Assembly: GCA_040758355.1 (NCBI GenBank)
Contig: JBFLWF010000009.1
Coordinates: forward strand, 30,203 to 94,202
DNA: 64,000 nucleotides
Source of the DNA: Nitrospirota bacterium
Lineage (GTDB): Bacteria > Nitrospirota > Thermodesulfovibrionia > Thermodesulfovibrionales > Dissulfurispiraceae
Direction: 5' to 3'
The notes under the pieces are model-generated. The model did not search any database and was not told the DNA's origin. It saw only the letters and a program-made list of their open reading frames with translations. Below are positions 21,000-33,424 of the stretch, piece by piece (the first letter of the stretch is position 1; every line of letters starts with the position of its first letter). The translations under genes were made by a program, and so were the position numbers.

Positions 21000-22023
21000 C
21001 TTCTTTAAGAGTCTGTATCCTGAAATGATCAAGAATGCCGTTTGTGGCAGGAGTCGCCTGAATCTTAATTTCCGAGCCTTTTCCAAGCACTGTAACTTCA
21101 ACAATAGGCAGTCTCTTTGCATCGGAATACCTTGCACATATCGATGCAGCCAATTTTAAATCCTCATCGGTTGGGTCACCATCTGCATTGGCGCAAACAA
21201 TTGTTAAAGGGCTTCCAAATCCATCCACCCATAATAGATAATCGTCAGCATCTGCCAATGACTGGATTGTGTTATTCTCGTTCTCGTCCCTTCCGACAAT
21301 TATCCTGCACTCATCAGAAATTCTGAAGTGGCGGCCAATTCTTAAGAGATTTATATCCTTTACAGAAGGTGATGGATTGTGGGTCAGCAATTCTTTTAAA
21401 CGATAAGAATATAAGGGGTCTGTAAGCAGACAGCCGCCTGCTGGTGCTGGATATTCTGTCAATCCCATTTCCTTTGCCAAGGCCATCTGCGGTTTTCTCG
21501 ACCTTCCGTGAAAGTTACAAAGCATTTCTCTGTTTACAACGCCCATCTGTTCGGGAGTGGTTGGTTTTAAAAGCTTTGCGCTTAGAGGTCTTAATACATA
21601 ACCCTCCAAGCCTGCCTCTCTGTCTATCTTCGGGAATGTATCTCTCCTCTGGCTCATGGGCCGTTGGTAGAGCACTTCTCCTGTTATGATAAAATCAGCT
21701 CCGGTCATTTTCATAAATTCCTTTGCCTCTCTAAGCATCAATATTCTGCAGTCAATGCACGGGTTCATGTTCTTGCCGTGTCCGAATTTAGGATTTTTCA
21801 CAATCTCTATGAATTTGTCCGATAGATGGCAGAGCTTTACCTCGAAGCCGAACTTTTCAGAGGCTGCAAAGGGATTCTTTGAACAAGATGATTTATCAGA
21901 GATGTCGCAGCCGAAATGTGTAAGGAATGTGATTGCAGTGACCTCTATCCCCTGCCTCATTGCAACGAGTATGGCAAGGGTGCTGTCAAGACCTCCTGAA
22001 TATAGTGCAATTGCTTTAGGCAT
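20989..22023 (-). CDS. ThiI/MnmA-like PP-loop tRNA sulfurtransferase family protein
   Basis: [34 protein letters not shown]. Confidence 0.8.
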   Translation of the reverse strand: MPKAIALYSGGLDSTLAILVAMRQGIEVTAITFLTHFGCDISDKSSCSKNPFAASEKFGFEVKLCHLSDKFIEIVKNPKFGHGKNMNPCIDCRILMLREAKEFMKMTGADFIITGEVLYQRPMSQRRDTFPKIDREAGLEGYVLRPLSAKLLKPTTPEQMGVVNREMLCNFHGRSRKPQMALAKEMGLTEYPAPAGGCLLTDPLYSYRLKELLTHNPSPSVKDINLLRIGRHFRISDECRIIVGRDENENNTIQSLADADDYLLWVDGFGSPLTIVCANADGDPTDEDLKLAASICARYSDAKRLPIVEVTVLGKGSEIKIQATPATNGILDHFRIQTLKEVTA

Positions 22024-22036
22024 ATTTGTGTACTTC

Positions 22037-23014
22037 TTATTCCTGCAGAGAGATTATAAGTCTTTCCGGAGTTACTACTGCGGTTCCAACTTCTCCCACA
22101 ACTATTCCGGCTGCGTGGTTTGCTATTACTGCTGCCTCTTCGAGGGATGCTCCGGCAGCATGGGCAAGGGTAATGGTTGCGATTACCGTATCTCCTGCGC
22201 CTGTAACATCAAATACCTTTTTTGCTACAGTTGGAATGTGGGTCACCTTAAATTTTTTTAATGCATCCCTTTCGAACAGACTCATGCCATCCTCGCTGCG
22301 TGTTATAAGTACAGACTTGCAGGATAATTTGGTCATCAATGTCTTTCCTGCCTTTAAAAGGCTCTGCTCGTCCTTTATCTCAACACCTGAGCCCTGCGAT
22401 GCCTCCATAAGGTTTGGGGTTATCAGCGATACGTTTTTATAAAAATGGAAATGCCCCACCTTTGGGTCTACTGCAACAAATGTATTATTAGGTCTTGCGT
22501 ATTTTACTACTGTTTTTATGAGGGATGAGGATATAACGCCCTTTTTATAGTCCGAAATAATTACCGCATCGTGATCCTTTAAAGCCTTTTTAATATAGTC
22601 TGCAAGATTTATGAGATTCTTACCCTCGAGCCTTTTCCTGTCTTCCCTGTCAAATCTCACCACCTGCTGGTGATGGGCAATAACCCTTGTTTTCACTGTG
22701 GTCGGCCGCTTGTCCTCGATCATTCCCTCTGTGTTTATGTTCCTTTCTTCAAACAACTCCTTCAGGATCCTTCCTGCCGTGTCTTTTCCAACTATTCCTG
22801 CAATGGATACCTTTCCGCCAAGCGCTATAATATTGTTTGCGACATTTGCAGCGCCGCCGAGGAGGAACGATTCGCTCACCACATCAACCACGGGTACAGG
22901 AGCTTCAGGGGAAATCCTGTTCACCTTCCCGTAGATGAAACGGTCGAGGATCAGGTCTCCGATGATTAATATTTTTTTGTTTCTGAAGGAATTGATGATC
23001 TGAGTAAAGCCCAT
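22037..23014 (-). CDS. rfaE1: D-glycero-beta-D-manno-heptose-7-phosphate kinase
   Basis: RISPEAPVPV, GGAANVA, SDYKKG, DVTGAGDTV. Confidence 0.92.
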   Translation of the reverse strand: MGFTQIINSFRNKKILIIGDLILDRFIYGKVNRISPEAPVPVVDVVSESFLLGGAANVANNIIALGGKVSIAGIVGKDTAGRILKELFEERNINTEGMIEDKRPTTVKTRVIAHHQQVVRFDREDRKRLEGKNLINLADYIKKALKDHDAVIISDYKKGVISSSLIKTVVKYARPNNTFVAVDPKVGHFHFYKNVSLITPNLMEASQGSGVEIKDEQSLLKAGKTLMTKLSCKSVLITRSEDGMSLFERDALKKFKVTHIPTVAKKVFDVTGAGDTVIATITLAHAAGASLEEAAVIANHAAGIVVGEVGTAVVTPERLIISLQE

Positions 23015-23106
23015 TATTGGAAAATAACCTACAGAAGGCAAAAAAATCAAATGAGATTTGACATTTTATATGGATATTATTTAAAGTTAAAAAATTTGGG
23101 AGGCGT

Positions 23107-23733
23107 ATGGAACACTCGGCAATTCAATTAATCCTTCAGGCAGGAGTTATAGTAAAAATAGTCCTTGCAATCCTTCTCTTCTTCTCTGTCGTGTCATGGA
23201 CGATAATTTTCCAGAAGTGGCGCCACTTTACCAATGCTGACAAGGAAACATACAATTTCCTGAGAATATACGAGGCAACACAGAACCCGAAGGACCTCTT
23301 TTCATCTTCAAAGAAATTCTCTGTGAGCCCGCTGGCAAATTTATTCAGGTCTGTTTATTCGGAGAAGACCTATACAGACAGGGATGAGCTCAAGAGAATG
23401 CTCAAAAGATACAGCGCCCTTGAGTCAGCAAGACTCGAAAGGTATCTGAACTTCCTTGCTACAACTGGATCCTCAACACCGTTCATCGGCCTTTTCGGAA
23501 CTGTTTGGGGCATAATGAATTCCTTCAGGGGGATCGGCGCTGCCGGATCAGCATCCCTCGCAGTGGTTGCACCGGGCATTGCAGAGGCGCTAATAGCAAC
23601 TGCCATAGGTCTTGCTGCTGCCATACCGGCGGTCATCGCATATAACTACTACCTCAGCAGGGCGAACCGGATGATAATAGAGATGGAAGACTTTTCAGCA
23701 GAGCTTGTAGATTATATCCTGAAGAGCTGGTAA
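23107..23733 (+). CDS. tolQ: TolQ
   Basis: TPFIGLFGTVWGIM, VAPGIAEALIATA. Confidence 0.92.
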   Translation: MEHSAIQLILQAGVIVKIVLAILLFFSVVSWTIIFQKWRHFTNADKETYNFLRIYEATQNPKDLFSSSKKFSVSPLANLFRSVYSEKTYTDRDELKRMLKRYSALESARLERYLNFLATTGSSTPFIGLFGTVWGIMNSFRGIGAAGSASLAVVAPGIAEALIATAIGLAAAIPAVIAYNYYLSRANRMIIEMEDFSAELVDYILKSW

Positions 23734-24140
23734 TGGCATCCAGACCTGCAAGACATAGGACAGTCCTTTCCGAGATAAATGTTACCCCCCTTGTTGACGT
23801 AATGCTTGTTCTTCTTGTCATATTCATGGTCACTGCTCCGCTGCTCCAGCAGGGCGTTGATGTGAACCTTCCAAAGGCAAAGGGAAAGGATCTGCCTCCG
23901 GAGGAAAGGATTACCATTGTTATAAAAAGGGGCGGGAACATTTTTATGAATGACAATCCCGTATCTATGAACGATATGGTAAAAAAACTCTCTGCAATAA
24001 GCAAGCTCAATCCGAATGTCTTTCTTAAGGCAGACAAGGACGTGCCTTATGGATTGGTGGTCGAGGTCATGGGAGAGATAAAGGAGGCAGGGATAGAGAA
24101 ATTAGGCATGATAACCGAGCCTAAGATTGCCCTGCCATAA
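23733..24140 (+). CDS. tolR: TolR
   Basis: EINVTPLVDVMLVLLVIFMVTAP. Confidence 0.92.
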   Translation: MASRPARHRTVLSEINVTPLVDVMLVLLVIFMVTAPLLQQGVDVNLPKAKGKDLPPEERITIVIKRGGNIFMNDNPVSMNDMVKKLSAISKLNPNVFLKADKDVPYGLVVEVMGEIKEAGIEKLGMITEPKIALP

Positions 24141-24149
24141 TTTTGGGCC

Positions 24150-24844
24150 ATGAAGACTTCAGGCATTTATAGTGCCTTTACCTTTTCCGTTTTTCTACAT
24201 GTCTTGATAGTTGCTGCTGCATTTGTTATTGCAAGACATTCGAGTTTATACAAAATACCCTCGGCATATATAGTAACAATCGTGGACAGCGCAGCAGTCA
24301 GCAGTCAGCAGTCAGCAGTCAGCAGTCAGCCCCCCGAAGCAGAAGTCCGGGATTCGAAGCCTCAAGATGTAAAACCTAAAACTCAAAGCATGGATGCATC
24401 ACCTAAATTAAAAGACATTTCAAAAAAGGATGAAATGACAGTTAAAGAACGGATAGAGGCGCTTCAGGCCAAGAAAAGGATAGAAAAATTGGCAGCGCTC
24501 AGGAAAATGGTGGATATCGGAGGACAGAAAAGCCTTCCTCAAGGTAAAACAGGAGGGGCACTACAGGGCAGCAACAAACAAGAAGTAACTACAGGCAGCG
24601 GCGACTATTATTCGATGGTTATAAATAAAATAAGGCAACAGTGGATATTCCCTGAAAGCATTGACAGGGATTTGCTTGCAATAATCACAATCAAAATAGC
24701 AAGGGATGGAAGCGTGACAATTGGCAGAATGGAACAAAGCTCAGGCAATGCGCTGTTTGACCGTTCTGCATTAAGGGCAATAAGCAAGGCAAGTCCATTA
24801 CCGCCTCCGCCGCAGGAGATGGAGATGGGAGTAAGGTTCAGGCC

Positions 24845-24848
<4 letters not shown>
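24150..24848 (+). CDS. tolA: TolA/TonB-family protein
   Basis: N-terminal TM with S..LH, C-terminal SSGN..FD.SALRAI..A.PLP. Confidence 0.8.
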
Positions 24849-26203
<1,355 letters not shown>

Positions 26204-26222
26204 GCAAGGTATTTCTTGATGT

Positions 26223-26507
26223 TTAGCAGCCTTCTGCCTTTCTAAAATCCGTGGCTACATTCTTTCCGCCTTTGCTTTCGTATTTGCCTTTGACCTTATC
26301 GCCAACGCTGTATTTGCTAAGCTTTCCTTTGTCTTCCAGTGTTAGTGTTACGTCTTTGCCATCGCTGTCTGTGACAACGACCGTACCGGCGCCGGAGTCT
26401 ATGTTCTTGATCGTGCCTTTGATTTTTTCTGCTGCAATTGCAAGCCCTATAAGCATTGCAATGCACAGGATCGTCCCTAAAAGAACCGTTACTGTTTTTG
26501 ATCTCAT
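26223..26507 (-). CDS. Small exported beta/OB-fold-like protein with C-terminal Gly-Cys
   Basis: Signal peptide, IKGTIKNID..TVVV..VGDKV pattern, ends ...KAEGC-TAA. Confidence 0.75.
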   Translation of the reverse strand: MRSKTVTVLLGTILCIAMLIGLAIAAEKIKGTIKNIDSGAGTVVVTDSDGKDVTLTLEDKGKLSKYSVGDKVKGKYESKGGKNVATDFRKAEGC

Positions 26508-26563
26508 TTGCTACCCCCTGTGAACTGCGATTTAAACTTCAGGGGCAAAGCCCCAACTCTGTT

Positions 26564-28216
26564 TTAGAATTTAAACCATTCAATGGATTTCTGTATTTTA
26601 GAGCTTATTCCTGCAAGCCCTGATGCAGCATCTTTTACCTGGCCGATAGCCTCGGTTGTGCGGCTGACGGCTGATGAGATGTTGGTTATGTTATGCGTAA
26701 TTTCCTCTGCCGCTGCTGACTGCTCTTCGGATGCAGCGGCAATCCTCTGGACCATATCCATCGCATTGGAGGATGCCGATACGATGGAGTCCAGAGACTG
26801 GCTTGCAGCCTTCGAGAGATCGAGTCCTTTGTCCACTTCTGCACTTCCACTCTTCATTGCATCTACAGACCGTTTTGCCTCTGCCTGAATTACGGATATC
26901 CTCTGTGTAATATCCTGCGTTGCCTTTCCTGTTCTTTCCGCGAGTTTTCTGACCTCGTCAGCCACAACCGCAAAGCCCCTTCCCTGCTCTCCTGCCCTTG
27001 CAGCCTCAATGGCAGCATTTAAGGCCAGAAGATTGGTCTGGTCAGCTATGTCGCTGATAATTGCAGCTATCTCGCCTATCTGTACAGAACTTGCATCCAG
27101 CTCTTCGATGATCTTTGTGGTATCTTTAACATTCTCTACAATGTTGTACATTCCATGGGTGGTCTTTTCTACAACCGATTTCCCCTTCGTGGCCTCTTCT
27201 GATGAATTTCTCGATGCATCAGCAGCCTGAGCAGCATTTTTTGCCACATCCATTATTGTCTGTGACATTTCCGTTGCTGCTGTTGCCACCTGCTGTGCCT
27301 GCAGGGATTGTTCGTTTGCCGACCTGCTCAGGTCTTCTGCAGTGGTCGAAAGTGCTCCGGACGAAGAGAGGAGGTTTTGCATATCAGCCTTTATATCGCC
27401 TATTATGGCGGTTATTCTACGGGACATGGTCGTAAAGTCTTTCAGCATCATCCCGATCTCATCCTTGCGGTTTATTTCTATGTCAGCGGCGCTGAAGTCT
27501 CCATCCGCCATTGCCCGCGACTTTTGCGATACCAATGCTACCGGAGAGATTACGGATGAAGACAGAAATTTTGCAATGAGTACGAGTAAGGCAACAAACA
27601 CAACGCCTCCTGCTACAAAGCTCCATCCCACGATTTTTCCCTCTTTTTTCAAGGCGCCAACCATTTTAGGGACATTTGCCCTTGCCTTTTCAACAGTATG
27701 CCCTGTTTCTTCTAAAATAGTGTTGTACCTTTCAGCCTGGATTCCGCCTGCTATCTCTTTTGCCTTTTCTATATTACCGGCAAATATCAATGGTATTAAT
27801 TCCTTATCCCGTGTATCCTTGAAGGCATTCCATGCTTCCCGGGCTTTTGCTATTGATGGGGATTCGGCTGAAAGATTAGCAGCGCTCAAAGACTTCGCTA
27901 TTTTGTCAAAAAGCTCATCTATTCGTTCTGTCATATCCTCTATATCATCTTTAATATCCTCTAACTTTTCCCTGTCCTTTTCTATCATCATACTTAAGAG
28001 TTTAGAGCGAACAAGAGTGAGATTGTATCGCTGCCTCGCAATGTCGTCGGCTACAATCATGCTTTTTTCTATTTGTGCATAGGCATCTCCGCCAACCTGA
28101 ACCCTGTTAAAGAATATCTGGCCTATGGATATGCCAATTACTGCAAAGCCAATAAGGGCACCGAAAACAATGTACAGCTTTTTCTTGAGGCTCATGTCTT
28201 TAAACTTTTGAAACAT
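26564..28216 (-). CDS. Methyl-accepting chemotaxis protein (four-helix sensor, HAMP)
   Basis: Two TMs, HAMP (DEIG), [38 protein letters not shown]. Confidence 0.96.
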   Translation of the reverse strand: MFQKFKDMSLKKKLYIVFGALIGFAVIGISIGQIFFNRVQVGGDAYAQIEKSMIVADDIARQRYNLTLVRSKLLSMMIEKDREKLEDIKDDIEDMTERIDELFDKIAKSLSAANLSAESPSIAKAREAWNAFKDTRDKELIPLIFAGNIEKAKEIAGGIQAERYNTILEETGHTVEKARANVPKMVGALKKEGKIVGWSFVAGGVVFVALLVLIAKFLSSSVISPVALVSQKSRAMADGDFSAADIEINRKDEIGMMLKDFTTMSRRITAIIGDIKADMQNLLSSSGALSTTAEDLSRSANEQSLQAQQVATAATEMSQTIMDVAKNAAQAADASRNSSEEATKGKSVVEKTTHGMYNIVENVKDTTKIIEELDASSVQIGEIAAIISDIADQTNLLALNAAIEAARAGEQGRGFAVVADEVRKLAERTGKATQDITQRISVIQAEAKRSVDAMKSGSAEVDKGLDLSKAASQSLDSIVSASSNAMDMVQRIAAASEEQSAAAEEITHNITNISSAVSRTTEAIGQVKDAASGLAGISSKIQKSIEWFKF

Positions 28217-28365
28217 CTCTCCCCCCCAATAAAGTTTTTTATAAAGAGTTTTTAAAGTATAAGAGTTTAGATTCTTCTTAAGAAAGAAATTAATAATTTA
28301 TTTACAATAGTTATAGCACAGCAATTTTTATATAGTCAAATACAATAGTGATATGCAATTTACAG

Positions 28366-28408
28366 TCCTAAAAATAAGGCTGAGGGGGCCTCAGCCTTAT
28401 TTTTAGGA
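28366..28408. terminator. Rho-independent terminator
   Basis: TCCTAAAAATAAGGCTGAGG...CCTCAGCCTTATTTTTAGGA. Confidence 0.85.
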
Positions 28409-28419
28409 TATCAGATGAT

Positions 28420-29769
28420 TTATTCCTTGAATATTCCGTATGTCCCGTTGCTCTCAACCTTGATGACAGCATTGAGAAAGAGCGCCTTATATCCTGCATC
28501 CTTCAGGGTATGGTATACCATTTCTGCCCGCGCCCCGGTTGTACAGTGGATAATTATTTCTCTATCCTTCGGGATCTCGGAGAGGCGCGATGCTGCGTCT
28601 TTTGCAGGTATATTTTTAGCGCCTTTTATTATTCCCCTCATTGTTTCGTCCTTATCTCTGACATCGAGGATCAATTTATCAGGTGGTAATGTCTCTGCAA
28701 TTTTCTTGAAATCATCAACAGAGATCTCCCCCGGCTTCGGTTTGGGCACATATACAATCGCTGTCTTAAGCTCATTGCTCGCAACAGGGTTTCCTGCCTT
28801 CTTCCATGCCTCGATGCCGCCTGCAAGGTATGCGAGGTTGCTGTAGCCCCACTTCCTTACTATTTTAAACGCATCTTCAGAAAGTTTCTGCGTGTCGCAG
28901 CAAATAATAATAGGAGCTTTTTTGTCAGCAGGGAACCCATCCTTTGCCTGTGCAAGCTCGCTTAAAAAAATTGATACGGCACCTTTAATATGCTCCTTCT
29001 TTGCCGCGTCTGCTGGCCTTATATCAATGAGCACATGAGGGATGTTCTTATCCATGGAATCCTTGAGATTTATAACAGAGGAAGCTACAAGATTGCCCTT
29101 CTTCTTCCACTCCGGCATACCGTCGATGAATACCTTCACATTTGTGTAGCCTGACTTTTCTGCCTTACTGGCAGAGGATGGGCTGAGTCTTCATGTAGGG
29201 CCGGCGCAGTAGAAAATGAGCAGTTTATCTTTTTCCTTTGGAAGTTTATCTATATTCTTTTCAAATTCAGCGTCATAGATCGATATTGCTCCGGGTATGT
29301 GGCCTTCATGGAATTTCGGTGCAGGCCTTGAATCAATGAGTACAAAGTCGCCTTGAGTTTCTATGAGCCTTGAGAGTTCATCAATCTTAATCTTTTTTTC
29401 ATCAGGTAGCGTTGCAGGCTGTTTAACTGCAACGTACGCGGCATACAGGATCCCGTCCCGCTCAGTGAGGGTAATGGCAATCTCCTTTTCCTTAGGGATT
29501 TTTTCAAGTTCGCTTATTCCTTTTACCTTTGTATTGTCATCGTATTTTACAATCCATGAGGCAGGGCCGATCTGGATCTGTATCGTCTCTGCACGATCAG
29601 ACACACCGACCATAGTACCCATTAATGTTTTTTCGTCCGGTGCGTGGCATTGCTTGCATGGCGGCGCTATCTTCGGTTTTTGTGCCTGCGCCATACTTGC
29701 GGAATATGTCAGGAGCAGGCTGGCTGTTGCAAGGACGACGATTGCAATTAATAATAACTTTTTTCTCAT
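28420..29769 (-). CDS. Exported heme c / triple-rhodanese selenoprotein, paralog A (449 aa; Sec at TGA 29191-29193)
   Basis: ORFs 29191-29769 and 28420-29139 are in frame; IFYCAGPT-U-RLSPSSASKAEKSGYTNVKVF completes one rhodanese domain; CKQCH; SECIS-like hairpin. Confidence 0.9.
29159..29175 (-). promoter_or_regulatory. SECIS-like hairpin (paralog A)
   Basis: TCTGCC-AGTAA-GGCAGA at +16..+32 after TGA. Confidence 0.75.
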
Positions 29770-29890
29770 ATATCCCCCAGATTTTTTTGTTTGCCTGCAA
29801 AGGCAGACAGGTGATCCTATATTTTAAATTTGCAAGGGAAATATATCATAAAACTTCAGAATTGTAAATTATAATACGTAGAATTGGGGT

Positions 29891-29923
29891 AAAACAGGCG
29901 GCCAGCCAAAGCTGGCCGCCTGT
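29891..29923 (-). terminator. Rho-independent terminator between the two paralogs
   Basis: ACAGGCGGCCAGC-TTTG-GCTGGCCGCCTGT then T tract. Confidence 0.85.
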
Positions 29924-29929
29924 AGAGGA

Positions 29930-31291
29930 TTATTCCTTGCTTATCTCGTACTTGCCGTCTTTGTCGATTTTGATATTGGCATTGAGGAATCTTACTTTAT
30001 ATCCTGCTTCCTTTAGTGTGTGGAATGCCATTTCAGCCCTGACCCCTGTTGAGCAATGGGCGATTAGCTCTTTGTCCTTTGGCATTTCTGAAAACCTTGA
30101 CTTCATGTCCTGGGCGGGAATATTTTTTGCCCCTTTGAGCATCCCCTGCATTGCCTCATCTTCATCCCTTACATCGAGGATGAATTTATCTGCCGGCGAT
30201 GTCTCTGCGATCTTCTTAAAATCTTCAACGCCTATCTCACCGGGTCTTGGCTTCGGAACATATACAATAGCTGTTTTGAGGTCTCCGCTTGCAACAGGAT
30301 TCCCTGTCTTTTTCCATGCCTCGATGCCGCCGTCAAGCACAGAGGTGTTTGTATATCCCCAACTTCTTACAACCTTAAATGCATCGCCGGCAGTTTTTGC
30401 ATCATCTGCATAAAGGACTATCGGCGCTTTTTTGTCAGCAGGGAATCTGTCTTTTGCAGTGCTGATTTCCTTTGACGGAATAGATACAGCGCCTTTTATG
30501 TGGCCTTTTTGGGCATCATCCGGGGGCCTTAAATCAATAATAACCTGCGGCATGTCCTTATCTATGTTCTCCTTCACATATTGAGAAGTGGAGACTACAA
30601 GATTTCCTGCTTTTTTCCATGCAGGCATCCCATCGTGAAATATCTTTACATTTGTATATCCGAGTTTCTCCGCCTTACCGGCAGAGGAAGGAGAGAGCAT
30701 TCAGGTGACTCCGCCGCAGTAAAAGATGAGGAGATTGTCCTTCTCTTGTGGAAGCCTGTCGATGTTTTTATCGAAATCGGCATCATAGATAACTATAGAG
30801 CCAGGGATGTGACCTTCATGATACCTCGGAGCAGGACGGGAGTCTACAATGACATATCTGCCTTTTTCAGTCCCAATATCAATAAGCTTTGTCAGCTCTT
30901 CGGTCTTTATCTTCTTCTCTTCAGGGACTTTTGCCGGCTGCTTCACGGATATGCTCAGCGCATAAATGGAGCCGTCCTTTTCCTCATAGGCAACCGCAAT
31001 CTCTTTTTCCTTTGGAACCTTGTATATTGGCGGCTGCCAGCCTGTTAACTTTGTTTTGTCATCGAACTTCACGAGCCATACTGCCGGGCCGATCTGGATC
31101 TGCAGTGTTTCCGCCTTTCCTGACGCACTTGCCAGACTTCCCCTGAGGATTTTCTCATCAGGTGCGTGGCATTGCTTGCACGGCGGCGCTATCTTCGGTT
31201 TTTGTGCCTGCGCCATACTTGTGGAATATGTTAGGAATAGCCCTGCTGCCACAAGGACAGCGATTGCAATTAATAATAACTTCTTTCCCAT
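29930..31291 (-). CDS. Exported heme c / triple-rhodanese selenoprotein, paralog B (453 aa; Sec at TGA 30701-30703)
   Basis: IFYCGGVT-U-MLSPSSAGKAEKLGYTNVKIF in one frame; CKQCH; third domain HCSTGVRA; start ATG 31291 behind a G-rich RBS. Confidence 0.9.
30668..30686 (-). promoter_or_regulatory. SECIS-like hairpin (paralog B)
   Basis: CTCTGCC-GGTAA-GGCGGAG at +15..+33 after TGA. Confidence 0.75.
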
Positions 31292-31425
31292 ACATCCCCC
31301 TTTGTGTTTGATCTTCCACGCCAAAGGCATGGATTTAGGCAATCTATATTTACAATTATAAGTTTAGGAAAAGACGGTTAACATGTCAATAGATTTTTAA
31401 ACTTATAAACTTATAGACAGCTAAA

Positions 31426-31625
31426 TTGGGCGATTTTGCAAGGCAGGCACTGCTCCAAGACTTTAAAAAGTCCTCGTTCATGTGCATATGAGAGATAACA
31501 AATGCATCATCCATCAAGTATCCAATGTAGTAGATGACGGATACAAGATAAAGTTTTATACAAGTGCGGAGTTTAAAGTCTTTCTGCAGCACCTGCCTTG
31601 CAAATCTGAATATAGAATCGCTCAA
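31426..31625 (+). repeat. ~200-nt long-palindromic element, subfamily B copy 1
   Basis: Nested inverted ends (TTGGGCGATT/AATCGCTCAA; GCAAGGCAGG/CCTGCCTTGC); core shared with 53934-54132. Confidence 0.85.
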
Positions 31626-31704
31626 CTCAGGAGACAGATAAGCCAGTTGTTTAGAAGAGATGGATTTGGTTAGAATGAAGTAATGTTTAGTCCATGGAGG
31701 ATGT

Positions 31705-32181
31705 ATGAAACTGACACATTTTGACGATGAAGGCAAGGCGAGGATGGTTGATGTTTCGGAAAAGCCTTTGACCAAACGCGAGGCTATAGCTGTAGGCTCT
31801 GTTCATATGAAGCCTGAAACCATAAAGCTTATAAAGGACAGGCTGATTTCAAAGGGTGACGTGCTCGGAGTTGCGAGGGTTGCAGGGATTATGGCTGCAA
31901 AAAAGACATCAGAGTTGATACCCATGTGCCATCCTTTGAACATAACGTCTGTAGGCATTGATTTCGATATCGATGAAGATAAAAACAAGGTCGACATTAA
32001 AACAACGGTCAGGATTATGGGGCATACAGGTGTGGAAATGGAGGCCCTCACAGCAACATCCGCAGCAGCCTTAACCATTTATGACATGTGTAAGGCAGTA
32101 GATAAAGAGATGGTTATTTCGGACATAATGCTTAAGGAGAAAAGGGGCGGCAAAAGCGGAGAATTTAAGAGGGGAAAATAA
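31705..32181 (+). CDS. moaC: Cyclic pyranopterin monophosphate synthase
   Basis: [37 protein letters not shown]. Confidence 0.97.
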   Translation: MKLTHFDDEGKARMVDVSEKPLTKREAIAVGSVHMKPETIKLIKDRLISKGDVLGVARVAGIMAAKKTSELIPMCHPLNITSVGIDFDIDEDKNKVDIKTTVRIMGHTGVEMEALTATSAAALTIYDMCKAVDKEMVISDIMLKEKRGGKSGEFKRGK

Positions 32182-32182
32182 G

Positions 32183-32902
32183 TTACCCATGTGCTACTGA
32201 ACTCAGCAGGTCTTTGAGTTCTTTTGCCTTTTTATCGCTGAGTTCCAGAAATTTAACAGCTACCTTAATATATTCAGAATCAATAAAGGCCTCTGCAGCC
32301 TGAATCCTGACAACGAATCCCTCCAGACCTGAAACCTTGCTGTTGTTGTCCATTTTTATATCGCATGCCAGTTTTTCGAATATCATGGGAATCGGGCTTT
32401 TTCTATGAACATTACAGAGGAAGCCGCCTATGCTTAGGTCCAGGAGATTTCCTCTGGAGACGAGGTCTCCAAACTGTAGAATAACTTCTCCGCTTAAATC
32501 AAAGCGTTCGTACTGCCTCCTGTCAAATTTTCTGTTAACCTCTGCCATCTTTTGTATCAGTCCCTCGATGGTAAAGGGTTTTATGACATAACTGTTTACG
32601 CCTGCCTGCATAGCCTGTATAACGTTCTCCTTCTCGTTTCTGGCTGTTACCATTATAAACGGCAGGTTTTTGAGAGCGGGATGGTTTCTTATCCAGCTTA
32701 ATAATTCCGGCCCGTTCATGGATGGCATTTCCCAGTCGCATAAAATAAGGTCATATTTGTCTGTCTCCAACAAGGCTTGCGCTTCCTTGCCGTTGCTCGC
32801 TTCAAAAATCTCCACATTAGGGTGGTTTTTTTCGAGGCCGAATTTTATGAATCTCCGAACAGATGCCATATCATCAACAATCAGTATTTTATTCTTTGCC
32901 AT
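32183..32902 (-). CDS. Response regulator receiver + PilZ domain protein
   Basis: ILIVDD..LILCDWEMP..KPF; RRQYERF and DLSIGG PilZ motifs. Confidence 0.85.
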   Translation of the reverse strand: MAKNKILIVDDMASVRRFIKFGLEKNHPNVEIFEASNGKEAQALLETDKYDLILCDWEMPSMNGPELLSWIRNHPALKNLPFIMVTARNEKENVIQAMQAGVNSYVIKPFTIEGLIQKMAEVNRKFDRRQYERFDLSGEVILQFGDLVSRGNLLDLSIGGFLCNVHRKSPIPMIFEKLACDIKMDNNSKVSGLEGFVVRIQAAEAFIDSEYIKVAVKFLELSDKKAKELKDLLSSVAHG

Positions 32903-32908
32903 AAATCT

Positions 32909-33424
32909 TTATTTAAACCTCTCAACAGTGAATTTAAATATTTCTACGTCTTTATCCGACTGGTCTATGCCTGCCTTCATCTTTGTAATCATTAATTGTT
33001 CTTCAACAGTATCCACTCCCTCGAGGTCAGGCAGTAAAAGCCCTTTCCTGTAGCCTTTAGCAACGATTATCCCATACCTCTTTGGATCGAGCTCTGAAAT
33101 GTCTTTTACCTTTTCAGGCTCTGACAATACATCTACGGAATAAGTTATATCGTTGAGTTCGTCTTCCTGTACAGGATAGAATCGCGGGTCTTCTGTGGCA
33201 GCGGCAACGGCGTTTCTCACGATCTCCTTATAGATATTTTCCTCGCATGGCAGAAATGTGCCGATGCACCCCCTTAATTCTCCATGCTTCTTTAATGACA
33301 CGAAGACCCCTGCTTTTTTCTTCATCTCAGGCGGTATTTCCTTTGGACAGGCGAGGACATTCCCATTTTTTACATACTCCTCAATGGACTTTCTGGCGAG
33401 CTCTGCGTAAGGGTGCATTTTCAC
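32909..33424 (-). CDS. AMMECR1-domain protein (AmmeMemoRadiSam protein A)
   Basis: [31 protein letters not shown]. Confidence 0.9.
   Translation of the reverse strand: MKMHPYAELARKSIEEYVKNGNVLACPKEIPPEMKKKAGVFVSLKKHGELRGCIGTFLPCEENIYKEIVRNAVAAATEDPRFYPVQEDELNDITYSVDVLSEPEKVKDISELDPKRYGIIVAKGYRKGLLLPDLEGVDTVEEQLMITKMKAGIDQSDKDVEIFKFTVERFK

Noticed and set aside
27009..28082. Long antisense ORFs over the MCP and other core genes
   Set aside because: Mirror frames of well-supported genes with no independent motifs.
29191..30703. Reading the TGA-split rhodanese genes as pseudogenes or as four separate genes
   Set aside because: Same TGA position in both paralogs at a Cys-equivalent site, conserved hairpin, continuous domain and selA nearby favour Sec recoding.
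31482..31673. 63-aa ORF (and antisense 31386-31775) over the palindromic element
   Set aside because: Lies within the repeat; other copies have stops, indels and first/second-position changes, so it is not coding.
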